A stretch of DNA of 64,000 nt from an uncultured Planctomycetota bacterium (GTDB lineage: Bacteria; Planctomycetota; Planctomycetia; Isosphaerales; Isosphaeraceae): positions 128,001 to 192,000 of the forward strand of contig CAWJTV010000026.1 in NCBI GenBank assembly GCA_963845755.1. The letters are read 5' to 3'. Shown here piece after piece: positions 9,380 to 19,813 of this stretch (positions within the stretch are counted from its first letter, which is position 1; every line of letters begins with the position of its first letter). The notes beneath the pieces are model-generated. The model ran no database searches and was not told where the DNA came from. It saw only the letters and a program-made list of their open reading frames with translations. Both the position numbers and the translations under genes were made by a program.

Positions 9380-11968
9380 GTGATCGCAATCGGAACGACG
9401 CTCAACCAGAGGTTCCTTCTGGAGAAGGAGTTGGGCCATGGCGGCATGGGGGCCGTCTACTCGGCCACCGACCAGGTCTTGCAGCGCAACGTCGCCATCA
9501 AGGTCCTCAAGGAGCGCAGCGGCGAGGAGGTCGGCAAGAAGCTGAGGTTGGAGGCCCAGATCGCCGCCCGGCTGCTGCACGACAACGTGGTGCGCATCTA
9601 TGATTTCGGGATGGCCGATGAGACGTATTACCTCGTCATGGAGGCGGTGACCGGGAGCAGTTACACCAAGCGGTGGCGGCACTTGACCCTGGAGGACCGG
9701 CTGCGGATCCTGGCCCAGGTGGCCGATGCGCTGGACTATGCCCATCATCAAGGGGTCGTTCATCGGGACGTCAAGCCGGCAAACGTGTTGTTGACGTCTG
9801 TCGATGCACCCAAGCTGTCCGACTTCGGGCTGTCGATCCTCGCCGAGGAGGGGGACCATTCGGGGGTGGTTCGGGGAACACCCCTGTACATGAGCCCGGA
9901 GCAGACCAAGGGGAGGCCGGTCGACTTCCGGACCGACCTGTACTCGCTGGGGGTGATGATCTACGAGTCGGTGGTCGGGGTCGCACCGTTCACGGGCTCG
10001 TCGCTGGCGATCATGGCACAACACGCCTCTTCGGATCCGGAGCCGCCCCGGGGGCGCAACCCCTGGATCTCCGAGGACCTGGAAGCCTTGATCCTGTCGA
10101 TGCTGGCCAAGCGGCCCGCGGCCCGTCCGCGGTCCGGGGGGGTAGCGGCCGAGGCGCTGCGCCAGGAGGTCGATCGGGTGGGCCGCGAGCGCCAGGCCGC
10201 GGCCTCGACGATCACGGGCGGGACAGCGACCCGGTCGGGCAGCTTCGGTCCCACGACGCCGATGTCCAGTCAGGCCCGATCCACGGTCGGGTCGGTCGAT
10301 GAGCTGGAATCGGGTATGGTGCTGCCGACGGCCGCGTCATCGGGGGCGCCGGCCGGTGGGAAGACCGATCCGATCTCCACGAGTCCGGCGACGCCATCGC
10401 GGGCGGTCGCCTCGAGTCTGGCCGCGACCTCGCAGTCCGGGGCGGGAGCCGCGTCGCGGTCGTGGTCGGTCGCGGTCTCGGTGGCCAGTAGCGGTGGGCT
10501 CACTGCGATGGTCCGGTCGCCCTTGTTCCGGAAGATGCTGGAGGTCGTGCTGGCCGATCCGATCCCGTTGACCCCCGAGGAACGTTATCTCCACGGCCAC
10601 TATCTGGCCTATCTCCTGAGCGGCTCGCGGCGGCAAGGGTTCCTGTTGCGCCGGCCCCTGGAGCCCCGCAACGCCGATCGCGCGCGACTCTTGCTGGGCC
10701 TGACCTACGCACTGCTCTGCCCGGAGAGCGAGGAGGGGATCCGGGATGCGGCCGCCCTGCTGGATCAGCAGATCGACGTCCGCCCCGCCCTCTCGCCGGT
10801 CGTCGTGGCCAAGTATCTGGCCAACCGCGAGACGCCGTCCCAGCGCAAGGTCTTCCGTCAGACGCGCAAGGCCATCGGCCAGGCCAGCGCCTATGCCCAG
10901 AAGCACATGATCGACGCCAAGGGCGTGCTCAATCCCGGCCTGATGCCCCAGCGCCTGGAGGACCTCCACCACATCGCGCCGCCTCGCACCGAGGTCGACG
11001 ACGTCCTGGTCGAGCGCTGGAACCGGGTCACCGAGGTTTGGCGGAACGAGCCGACTTTTCGCCAGGCCGTGCTCTGCTACGCCACCACCAAGGCCCATCG
11101 GGACGCCGCCAGCTCGGCCCTGTGGCCCGAGGTCGTCTATCCCCTGATCGAGCGCGCTCGTTGGCATCGCCGGATCCGCTCCCGTACCGAGGCCGTCTGG
11201 GACTACCTCTGCGCCAACGTGATCCGCGTGCCCGACGCCGGCGTCCAACTCGACCGGGCGATGAGCCGCGTCGTCCCGGCCCCGCTGGCCGCCCAGCTCG
11301 AAGACTCGCTGGAACTGCTCATCGAGAGCCCTCGGCTCGACGATGACGATGCCGATCCGTTCGCCCCGGTCGAGGAGGCCGACCGCCTGGCCGCCTCGAT
11401 CAGCGTCAGCCATGCCAGTATGGCCGAGATCGCCGCCGAGTCGGGCGGCTCCGACAAGGGCAAGATGCTGGTCCGCCTGGTCGAGCCCGACCCGCTCCGG
11501 TTCGTCCAGGGGGAACTCCACGAGCTCTGGAAGGAGGCGCTCACCGCGCTCCAGCAGCCGAACCAGGCCCGACCCGGCGCCAAGGCGGCCACCCATCGGA
11601 ACGTCCCCGTCGGGCCCTACCGCCTGGTTGTGATCCCCTCCATCCGCGGCCGAGCCGCCGGCCAGATCGCCATCCAGGGCATGGTCAACAAACAGATCGA
11701 GATCACCACCCCCACCGTCCGCACCAAGGGCTCCGGCGGCAAACCCCTCCTGGCCATCTGGGTCTACCGCGATCATAGCCTCGTCATCGCCTATCTCGAC
11801 TTCATGAATACCGAACGTTATATCTTCTGGCATGCCCCCAAGAGCCACCAGCTCAACTTCGATGGGGCCGGCGATCTCAACCACGAGCTCTTCTCCCTCG
11901 GCATGGAAGTCCCCGACCAGGTCGACAAGGCCCTGTCGCGATGGTTCAAGCCTAAGAAGACGGTCTAA
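9380..11968 (+). CDS. Serine/threonine protein kinase with long soluble C-terminal domain
   Basis: GHGGMGAVY, VAIKVL, HRDVKPAN, DFG, GTPLYMSPEQ motifs. Confidence 0.95.
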   Translation: MIAIGTTLNQRFLLEKELGHGGMGAVYSATDQVLQRNVAIKVLKERSGEEVGKKLRLEAQIAARLLHDNVVRIYDFGMADETYYLVMEAVTGSSYTKRWRHLTLEDRLRILAQVADALDYAHHQGVVHRDVKPANVLLTSVDAPKLSDFGLSILAEEGDHSGVVRGTPLYMSPEQTKGRPVDFRTDLYSLGVMIYESVVGVAPFTGSSLAIMAQHASSDPEPPRGRNPWISEDLEALILSMLAKRPAARPRSGGVAAEALRQEVDRVGRERQAAASTITGGTATRSGSFGPTTPMSSQARSTVGSVDELESGMVLPTAASSGAPAGGKTDPISTSPATPSRAVASSLAATSQSGAGAASRSWSVAVSVASSGGLTAMVRSPLFRKMLEVVLADPIPLTPEERYLHGHYLAYLLSGSRRQGFLLRRPLEPRNADRARLLLGLTYALLCPESEEGIRDAAALLDQQIDVRPALSPVVVAKYLANRETPSQRKVFRQTRKAIGQASAYAQKHMIDAKGVLNPGLMPQRLEDLHHIAPPRTEVDDVLVERWNRVTEVWRNEPTFRQAVLCYATTKAHRDAASSALWPEVVYPLIERARWHRRIRSRTEAVWDYLCANVIRVPDAGVQLDRAMSRVVPAPLAAQLEDSLELLIESPRLDDDDADPFAPVEEADRLAASISVSHASMAEIAAESGGSDKGKMLVRLVEPDPLRFVQGELHELWKEALTALQQPNQARPGAKAATHRNVPVGPYRLVVIPSIRGRAAGQIAIQGMVNKQIEITTPTVRTKGSGGKPLLAIWVYRDHSLVIAYLDFMNTERYIFWHAPKSHQLNFDGAGDLNHELFSLGMEVPDQVDKALSRWFKPKKTV

Positions 11969-12076
11969 CGCCAGAGGAAGGGCAGGGTTGCAACGGACCG
12001 TTCACCCCAGTATCGCTCGTCGGAATACCGTTCTCGGCCCATCACGCCTAACGCGGCCTTCGGCTGCAACCCAATC

Positions 12077-12158
12077 GGGATTCCCGATTCGAGATTCCGG
12101 ATTCCCGAAGGGGAATGATCCGGGAATCCGGAATCGCGAATCCGGAATTCGGAATCCC
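12077..12158. repeat. Heptamer tandem-repeat palindrome
   Basis: GATTCNN x4 facing NNGAATC-type x5. Confidence 0.85.
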
Positions 12159-12319
12159 CAGATGCGCGCAGGGCGCAGGGATCCTACGGAGGAAAACTCT
12201 AAATATCCCATCCTCGCAACTCGGCTTCCACTAAAGTACGGGCATTGCGGTTCTCGAAACATTCAATGTTCGTTAAGATCCGCGCCGATCGACCAGGCTT
12301 GGCGATGTCGGAGAGAAGC

Positions 12320-13963
12320 ATGAGCAATCCGGATACCTCCCGGCTGCGTCCGGCGGGGCTTGAGGCGGGAGGTTGGGCACGGCTGGAGCGTGCCTGGTGG
12401 GTGGCCCTGATCGCGACGATGGCGATCTTCTCGGCATTCCCGCTGGCTAACCTGCTCCTGGGCCTGTCGACGAAGGACTATACGCTCTGGTACCAGGTGG
12501 GCCAGGCGGTGCGGCAGGGGTTGGATGTCTATCCTCGGCCCGAGACCGGCCGGCTCTTTCCGTTCATGTATCCCCCCTCGGCCGCGGCGATGCTCGGGGT
12601 GCTGAGCCTGCTGGGCGCGACCGGGACGCTGATCGCCCTGGTGTTGGCCACCTCGGCGTCGTGGCTGACCGCGATCGGGCTCTCGGTCTGGCTGGCGATG
12701 GGGAAGAGTTCGCGGCGGCACCCGCTGGTCCTGATGGTGCCCTCGCTGTCGGTCATCGTGCTGATCCATAACACCTACTTGCTGGGCCAGCCGAACCTGC
12801 TGTTGCTGGCGCTGGTGCTGGGCGCGTTCGCCTGCCTCCGCCTGGGCCGGGAGATCGCCGCTGGCGCCCTGGTGGCCACGGCGGCGGCGATCAAGGCGTT
12901 CCCGATCCTGATCCTCGGCTATCTGGTCTACCGCCGGATGTGGAAGGCGACGGCCGCCACCGTGGTGGCCCTGGCCGCCTGGCTGTTGATCGCCCCGCTG
13001 CCGTTCCGGACCCCCGCCCAGACCGTCGACGACCTGGTGGTCTGGAGCAAGGGGATGATCTTCACCTACAACACGCACGGGATCGCCCAGCGCCCGCTCC
13101 GGTCGTACAGCTACAAGAACCAGTCGATCATGGCCGTGATGCACCGCCTGCTGCGGGACGTGCCGGCGGACGGCGAATCCGTCCTGTCCCGGCGGATGCG
13201 AGCCGGCCAGCTCGGTTCCCGGTCGGTCCAGGGGTTGCCGCCGCTGGATCCGACGACCGATCTGCTCAGCTACCTGAAGCCGCACCAGCACGCCGGCAAG
13301 CCGGCCCGAACCACGGGCGTGGGGACGACGGCCGCAAGTGTTGGCGGGGGCGCGAGTGCCGATCCCGTCGATGACGGATCGACCGTGTCCGGGCCGGCCG
13401 CGCGATGGGACGCGGAGATCCAGGGCGCCGAGCACGCGCTGCGATCCGCGTGGAGGGTGAACCTCCTCGACCTGGACTTCCGGACGGTGACCGCGATCAC
13501 GATGGCGGTCATGTTGGGTCTCTGCCTGTTCTTCATGGCCACGATGCCGCCGCGCCGTCGCCGCACCGATGAGACGGACGCCCTCGAATTCGCGATGGTC
13601 ACCCTGCTGACCGTGATCTTCTCCCCGTTGTCGTTCAATTATGCCTACGTCTGGCTACTCTACCCGACCACCCTGGCTTTGCACCGGGTCACGAACGAGC
13701 CGGCCACCGCGCCGCGGCACCGGTTCAAGGTCGCCTGGCTGGCCGCGGTGCTGCTGATCCCCGCCCTGGCCATCCCCATGCCGCAACTCGCCCAGGCCTG
13801 CGGCAACCTGTTCGTCCCGGCCTTGCTCCTGACCTTCGGCCTGGGTGCGATGCTCCGCGCGGCGGGGCGTCGCCCCGATCCGGCCGAGGTCCCACCGCCC
13901 CACCTTCGCGAGCACGATCATCGTGGTTCTCGAACCGAGGTTGCGAGTCTGCCTTATTCGTAG
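12320..13963 (+). CDS. Glycosyltransferase family 87 (DUF2029) membrane protein
   Basis: FMYPP, GQPN, AIKAFP and NQS motifs; multiple TM helices. Confidence 0.85.
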   Translation: MSNPDTSRLRPAGLEAGGWARLERAWWVALIATMAIFSAFPLANLLLGLSTKDYTLWYQVGQAVRQGLDVYPRPETGRLFPFMYPPSAAAMLGVLSLLGATGTLIALVLATSASWLTAIGLSVWLAMGKSSRRHPLVLMVPSLSVIVLIHNTYLLGQPNLLLLALVLGAFACLRLGREIAAGALVATAAAIKAFPILILGYLVYRRMWKATAATVVALAAWLLIAPLPFRTPAQTVDDLVVWSKGMIFTYNTHGIAQRPLRSYSYKNQSIMAVMHRLLRDVPADGESVLSRRMRAGQLGSRSVQGLPPLDPTTDLLSYLKPHQHAGKPARTTGVGTTAASVGGGASADPVDDGSTVSGPAARWDAEIQGAEHALRSAWRVNLLDLDFRTVTAITMAVMLGLCLFFMATMPPRRRRTDETDALEFAMVTLLTVIFSPLSFNYAYVWLLYPTTLALHRVTNEPATAPRHRFKVAWLAAVLLIPALAIPMPQLAQACGNLFVPALLLTFGLGAMLRAAGRRPDPAEVPPPHLREHDHRGSRTEVASLPYS

Positions 13964-14340
13964 CGGAGCCGGCCGAGTCGGTGGGTCTCGCCGGGCCAGA
14001 ATGTCAGACGACCGGGGGCAAAGGTTCGGTACAGTCTCTTTCGTTTTTTCTTCATATCCAGATTTTTCTGTTTGACGTGGCCCATGAGCCTCATTTTCTA
14101 AGTATATATCCGACTTTCAGTGCTATGGCGGCCAGCGGGGTGCGGAGCCGAGCGGTAGCTCGTTCTTGCCCGCCGAGACGCGGTTTAGTTCAATAGACTT
14201 TATCGGGCAGATAGCATCGGTCAGTGCCCTGGGACACCAACCCCGGATCCTGCGACGCCGGCAAATACGGAAACGATTGTGGGACACTCGCCAATCCGAA
14301 CGAGTCACACGTTCGGGCGCATGAAGAGGTTGATTTGAAC

Positions 14341-14769
14341 ATGGGGACGGAAGTAGTCGGAGCGGATCTCGACGGCCTTGATCTTAAATTCCATCATGTG
14401 GGCATTGCTTGCCGCGACCTCGACGTGGAGATGGGCCCCTGGCTCATGATGGGGTACCAGGTCGAGGGGGATGATTTCGTCGATCCGATCAAGGGCGTTC
14501 ACGGGAGATTTCGCTCCGGACAGTCGCCCCGGCTGGAACTGCTCGCCGCGCTGCCCGGTAGCCGCGTGCTCGATCCCTGGTTGAAGACGAGGGCGAGATT
14601 CTACCACCTGGCGTATGAGACACCGGTCCTTCAACAAGTGGTCTCGACGATGCTCGCCCGTGATGCGATTCTCGCCGTCGAACCGGTCGTGTCGGTCGCG
14701 TTTCCGGGGCGAAGGATCGCGTTCCTGATGCTTCCCACAATGTTACTGATTGAGTTGATCGGGCCATGA
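14341..14769 (+). CDS. VOC family protein (methylmalonyl-CoA epimerase-like)
   Basis: FHHVGIACRD, LELLA, YHLAYE, AFPGRRIAFL...LIELI. Confidence 0.85.
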   Translation: MGTEVVGADLDGLDLKFHHVGIACRDLDVEMGPWLMMGYQVEGDDFVDPIKGVHGRFRSGQSPRLELLAALPGSRVLDPWLKTRARFYHLAYETPVLQQVVSTMLARDAILAVEPVVSVAFPGRRIAFLMLPTMLLIELIGP

Positions 14770-15056
14770 GTGCGGACCAGGGCTCGTTCGCGCGGTAATC
14801 CACCGATCCTACGACGAAGAATCAGGACAGCCTGGCTGTAAGCCGAATCGCTTGATCTGGTCAAGGATTTCGGCGTTGGTTTTCGACCGGTTTGCATGTT
14901 CTTGCGCGGGAACACCCAGTGGGATCGCCCTGCATTCCTGCGGCTTCCCGGCCGAGGCGCGGCCGCAGCCGATGTGGAGCGTCAACGAAGACGGTCGGGG
15001 CCGAGAGCGTGGCGGCCGCTGGGCTGGGTGGTCCGGCTTACCCGCCTGGCATGGGA

Positions 15057-16151
15057 TCACTTCTCGGAGGGCGGATGGCGGGGCTTGCGATGATCGATTC
15101 GGTCGAGGATCTTCTTCACTTGCGCGGCGACGAACGTCGTGAATTGCCTCGCCCCCATTGAGTTCAGATGGTTGGGGTCAACGAAACACCCGGGATCGTA
15201 GAGCAAGACTTCGGGGCGGTCAACGATCACATGGGAATTCTTGGATTCCAGCTCCTCGGCCCAGGCTCGGAGCTCCGCGGGGTGTTCCGCGGCCTCGCCC
15301 GGGAACGGTGTGAGCCGGATCAGCACGCCGACGCCGTGATCGGCAGTCACCCGCATCAATGTGGAAAACTCCGTCTTGAAGTCCTCAGAGACCTTGAACA
15401 GGTCGCGAGTGTTGACTTTGTCGCGAGGCGGTAACGAGAACCGCCTTCGTTCCGGAGCGGCCCAGAAGCCCCGCTCTTTCGTGACGGCGTCTTCCAAGGT
15501 GCGGAACGTCTCGCCGCCGCGGGCGGGAATCGGCTCGAGGGCGAAGCGGTCGAACCCACCGACCAGCAGACCATACGTGTACTTGAAGCCCTGGCGAACG
15601 TGATACAAGAACGAGTTGTGAGGACGCATATCTTCGGTCCCCGGCCCGTAACACCAGAGGAATCGGGACTTGACGTCCCGCTCTTCCGGGGGCCAGGACT
15701 CGATGCTGCCGGGATTGAGCGCCGTCGGCAGGATGCACACAACGAGCAAGCGGGGTTTCGGATGGTAGCGGAGGTAGGCATCGGTGATCTGGGTGATCCC
15801 ACGGATACCGATCAGGCCCACACCACCGAGATTGTAAGCCTTGAGGCCGGTCTCTCGCTCGAACTGCGACGTCCGCACGTCACAGCGGAGGCTGCTGTCG
15901 CCCACGAAGACGACGTCGTTGTCCTCGCGGGAGTCCATGGCGTAGGTCATGCAATAGCTGCTGAACGCCTCGTATTCATTGGGCGTCCGGTAATTGCGAA
16001 GGAACGTCCTCTCATTATCATAGCGCTTGCCGATGACGTACATCGGTGGGAAAACGATCGAAGCTGTCGCGGCCACGATCCCTAGGACGACGAAGGCAGG
16101 CGCGATTCGCCCCCAATCGCGGCGACGTTCTGTGGGTGCGGGCACGGTCAA
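15057..16151 (-). CDS. Membrane-anchored SGNH-like protein (DltD/AlgJ-type partner)
   Basis: N-terminal TM, VFVGDSS block I, C-terminal FVDPNHLN (DxxH); TTG start overlaps the MBOAT stop. Confidence 0.75.
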   Translation of the reverse strand: MTVPAPTERRRDWGRIAPAFVVLGIVAATASIVFPPMYVIGKRYDNERTFLRNYRTPNEYEAFSSYCMTYAMDSREDNDVVFVGDSSLRCDVRTSQFERETGLKAYNLGGVGLIGIRGITQITDAYLRYHPKPRLLVVCILPTALNPGSIESWPPEERDVKSRFLWCYGPGTEDMRPHNSFLYHVRQGFKYTYGLLVGGFDRFALEPIPARGGETFRTLEDAVTKERGFWAAPERRRFSLPPRDKVNTRDLFKVSEDFKTEFSTLMRVTADHGVGVLIRLTPFPGEAAEHPAELRAWAEELESKNSHVIVDRPEVLLYDPGCFVDPNHLNSMGARQFTTFVAAQVKKILDRIDHRKPRHPPSEK

Positions 16152-17623
16152 TACCTCATGTAGGCGATCTCCGGTTCCTTCTCGAGGGCCCAGAGAGAAA
16201 TGAGCATGATCGCGACGAACAGCGTCTTGACGAGGAGGGTCACATAGAGCGATCCGGTGCGCGCCCCGACTCGCTGCCCGACCTGGTCGAGGCGCGAGAG
16301 TATGGCGTCTCGGTACCAGGCGGCCAGGAGCAGGATGGGGACGAGCACCGCGATCCCCACCCCGAAAAGGCCGAGGTGTGGCGGCGCCGAGGTCACTGAC
16401 CCGGACAGGAGAGACCGTCCCACCATCGACAGGATCCGCAGCGCACCCTGCACGCCCGAGGAGAAGAAGACGAACGCGAAACCGACAAAATGCAGCGTGA
16501 CCACGACGGCCACCCAGTGGATCAATGGGTTCTTCTCGTACCTCTTGTAACGCTCGCGGCCGAGCCAGGATCGGAGCGTGTCCCCATAGATACGATTCGT
16601 GGCCGCACCGAGCCCGTGAATCGCCCCGAATACCGCGAAACCCGGCGTCGATCCATGCCACACCCCCGACAGGAACAAGGAGAAGAACAGGAGCCCGTAT
16701 CCGAGCTGCTTGCTTTGCCCGCGGAACCTCTCGACGCAGAATTTGTAGGAAGCCATGAACACGTAATCGCGAATCCAGATCGAAAGGCTGATATGCCAGC
16801 GGTTCCAGTAATCGATGACATTCCGCGAGAGGTAGGGCCGATTGAAGTTCTCGGGGAGGGTCAGGCCGATCAGCCTGGCCGCGGCGACGACGATGTCGGT
16901 GTAGCCGGAAAAATTGAGGTACATGAAGACCGGATAGGCATAGAAAAAAACCGCGAATTGGGGGAGGACCTCGACCCGTGGGTCGGACAGGAGTTGCGAC
17001 CGGCTCTTTTCAAACAGGTCCCAGGCGATGGGCGCGAGCAGCCCAACCTTGATCATGCCGGTCAGCAGCCTGTTCCAGGAGATGAGGGTATCTCGGCCAT
17101 CCCACGGCGGCAACTCCCGGGCGGTCCAGTACTCGTGGAAATCGTTGTACCGCTGGATGGGACCGGCCGTGATCGTGAAGCAAAGCAACTGGTAGTTGGC
17201 GTAGCTGGCGAACGTGAACGGGGCCAGTTGTCCTTGCGATTGATCGACGACCACGTGGATGAACTTGAACAGCATGTACGAGATGCCGATCACCTCGGGT
17301 ACCACGCGCCATGCCGCCTCCGGCAGCATCCACTCGACGAACGTGTACCGCTTCAGGAACAGGAAGCCCACGATCACGAGAGCGATGGTCGCGGGGACGA
17401 GCCCAGGGCGGGGCCGGTCCCGCACCAGGCGAAGGGCGAGGTAGGTCGCGCCGACGAAGAGGGCCAGGCACGCCGCGCTCCGCTTGTTCGGCACCACGGC
17501 GGCGAGAAAGGACAGGTTGGCGGCGGCCAGGATCGACTGTCGTAGGCCCAGCCGGTGCAGCAAGGGTATGACGATGGCCAGGACGGCGCAAAATACGAGA
17601 AATTCGATTGAACACGTATTCAT
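16148..17623 (-). CDS. MBOAT family O-acyltransferase (AlgI/DltB-like)
   Basis: GISY, AGPIQRY, FSGYTD, LPENFNRPY, WNRWHISLS, GVWHG. Confidence 0.95.
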   Translation of the reverse strand: MNTCSIEFLVFCAVLAIVIPLLHRLGLRQSILAAANLSFLAAVVPNKRSAACLALFVGATYLALRLVRDRPRPGLVPATIALVIVGFLFLKRYTFVEWMLPEAAWRVVPEVIGISYMLFKFIHVVVDQSQGQLAPFTFASYANYQLLCFTITAGPIQRYNDFHEYWTARELPPWDGRDTLISWNRLLTGMIKVGLLAPIAWDLFEKSRSQLLSDPRVEVLPQFAVFFYAYPVFMYLNFSGYTDIVVAAARLIGLTLPENFNRPYLSRNVIDYWNRWHISLSIWIRDYVFMASYKFCVERFRGQSKQLGYGLLFFSLFLSGVWHGSTPGFAVFGAIHGLGAATNRIYGDTLRSWLGRERYKRYEKNPLIHWVAVVVTLHFVGFAFVFFSSGVQGALRILSMVGRSLLSGSVTSAPPHLGLFGVGIAVLVPILLLAAWYRDAILSRLDQVGQRVGARTGSLYVTLLVKTLFVAIMLISLWALEKEPEIAYMRY

Positions 17624-17630
17624 TATTAGA

Positions 17631-17885
17631 TTATGTCTTGCCCGCTTTCGCCTCGATGAACCGCAACAGGGTACCGACGTTCTCGCCCGGCTCCTTCATC
17701 CGCGAGATCTCGGCCGTGGCGAACTTGATGCCCAGGCCGTGCTCGAGGGCGACGATCAGGTCGATGTGCGCCAGCGAGTCCCAGTCGTCGATGTCGTCGG
17801 CCGTCATGTCGTCGCGCAGGTTGATCGAGGGGTCGTTGAAGACCTCCCGGAAGATCTTCTGGACGGTCGCTCTGACGTCATTCAC
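17631..17885 (-). CDS. Acyl carrier protein
   Basis: 84 aa, acidic, WDSL phosphopantetheine site. Confidence 0.93.
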   Translation of the reverse strand: MNDVRATVQKIFREVFNDPSINLRDDMTADDIDDWDSLAHIDLIVALEHGLGIKFATAEISRMKEPGENVGTLLRFIEAKAGKT

Positions 17886-19813
17886 GCGACACCTCCCGCT
17901 CGATGAAATGGTCCAGGGATTTCAGCAACGGATCGACGGACAGCGACCACAGGGTACAATCGCCGTCCGTGCCGGTCTGTTCGAACGCAAGGCGAGCGAA
18001 ATGGTCCTTGACCATACCGTTCTTCGCCGTCGGGATATAGGTCCCCAGGATCCTCGGGCGCCCCTCCCGGCGTGCCAGCTCCACGAGCTCGTTCCTCGCG
18101 AAGTGCTCGACGCCCCGCTGGAGCACCCGACAACTCATCACCCAGGTGTCGACCATCATCGCCTCTTCGCGCTTCTGGACGAGGATCACGCCGATCAGGC
18201 CGTTGTCCCCCAAGGTATCCTTGAGGCTGAACGTGAGCGTCAGCCAATCGGGCGAACGGGAGATCTCACGCATCTGGGCTGGCGTATAGCGGCGAGTGGT
18301 CAGATTGAACTGGTTGGATTTATTGACGAGCTGGGTCGCCCGTTCGAGGTTCAGTTCATTCACGCTCTCAACCTTCATCCGCATGCCCAGGGACGCCAGG
18401 AACGAGTTCAGATCGGTGGCGCGCGAGGCCAGCTCCTTGCGCTGGGCATTCTCGGCATAATAGCGTGATCGGGCCGTATCTTCGCGGGTGAACGCGACGG
18501 TCTCGAAATAGCGGTGCAAGGCCAGGGCCTGGGTGTAGCCCGCGGCGTCTTCCGGCATGTCCGGCACGGCCACTTCCGGCACGAACTGCCGCGCAATCGC
18601 CCGCTCGACCGGGTTATCGTCGACGAACACGAACGAGTCGAGCTTGAGCTCGAGTCGGTCGGCGATGGTTCGCAGATTGTCCGCCTTGTTCTCCCAGTTG
18701 GCGACGAAGCAGGAGAAGTCGGACATCTGAAGGATCATGTCCGATCGGATATCGAACGGCTCACGCGCGTTGGCATCATCGTTCTTGGAACAGACCGCCA
18801 GGAGGATTCCCCGTCGCTGGAGTTCCTTGACGTACTTCTGAAATGCGAGGAATGCCTCGCCTTCGCCCGAACCCTGACCCAGGCGGATCCCGCCAGCCCC
18901 GAGGTCGCCGATGACCCCCCCCCAGAGCGTGTTGTCCAGGTCCAGGACGAGGACCTTCTTGCTCTTGCCGACCACGGCCCGCACCAGGCTGAATACGCTG
19001 TGCGCAGTAGGAGACGAGGCACTCCGCGCCGCAGGGCATCTTGAACTCGAGGTAGAATCGAGGATCGAACCAGCTTCGTGCCCCGGCCTCGGCCGCCAAT
19101 CCCTGCAAGTCATGGAGCACGACATAGGCCGGGGCGCGCTCCGCCATCATCCTGTTCAGTCGCTCGAGGTAGTGTTCTCGGGCCGCAGGGGATCGAAGCC
19201 GGTAATGCCCCATCACGCTGCCCGGGGCAACCTCGAAGTTATTCTGGATCAGGGTCGCATTCCACCTGGCATTGGCCGACTCCCAGAGCAGGGACCAGTC
19301 GTCGAGTTCTTCGGACGCGATCCGGGAGACCGCCTGTTCGTCCATCTCGATGGAGGGAAGCCTCGACACATCCCGGGCGCCGGTCGCCAGGAACAGGACT
19401 TGAGGTTGGAACGAATCGAGCCCCGAGCCGGGCGTGAGGATCTCCTGGCGGAAAAGGCCGTAGTCCCCCTCATAGATCTCGACGGCGATTCCTTCGGATG
19501 CCAGGAAGACCTCGATGAATTGGCAGAGCTGAGTGGTGGTCGGCCCCCCGAGAATGGCCAGCCGCAGGGCGTTGCCCCGGCCCTCGGCCGGCTTCCGGGA
19601 TTGAAGGAACCGACGAAGCTTCATCAATGATGAGTAATCGAGGAGCGGACTGACCGCGCGCCCGGCCCAGACCCGGGCTGCCTCGGCCCCCTCGACTTCG
19701 GCTAACGACTTCAGCGACTGGAGGAATCCCGTGAACTTCTGATGCCTTGAGGATGTGTCGGCATTCAAGTAGGACTGGAGCAGTTCAGTCCGTTGCGGAT
19801 CGTCGGTCATCAC
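17878..19813 (-). CDS. FkbH-like HAD-IIIC glyceryl transferase/phosphatase, frameshift near 19000
   Basis: KVLVLDLDNTLWGG, CSKND, FVDDNPVER, KSNQFNLTT, MSCRVL; N-terminal half lies in ORF 18776..19813. Confidence 0.93.

Noticed and set aside
17878..19813. Programmed frameshifting in FkbH and other split genes
   Set aside because: No slippery sites recognised, and the indels are spread across unrelated genes, consistent with assembly error.
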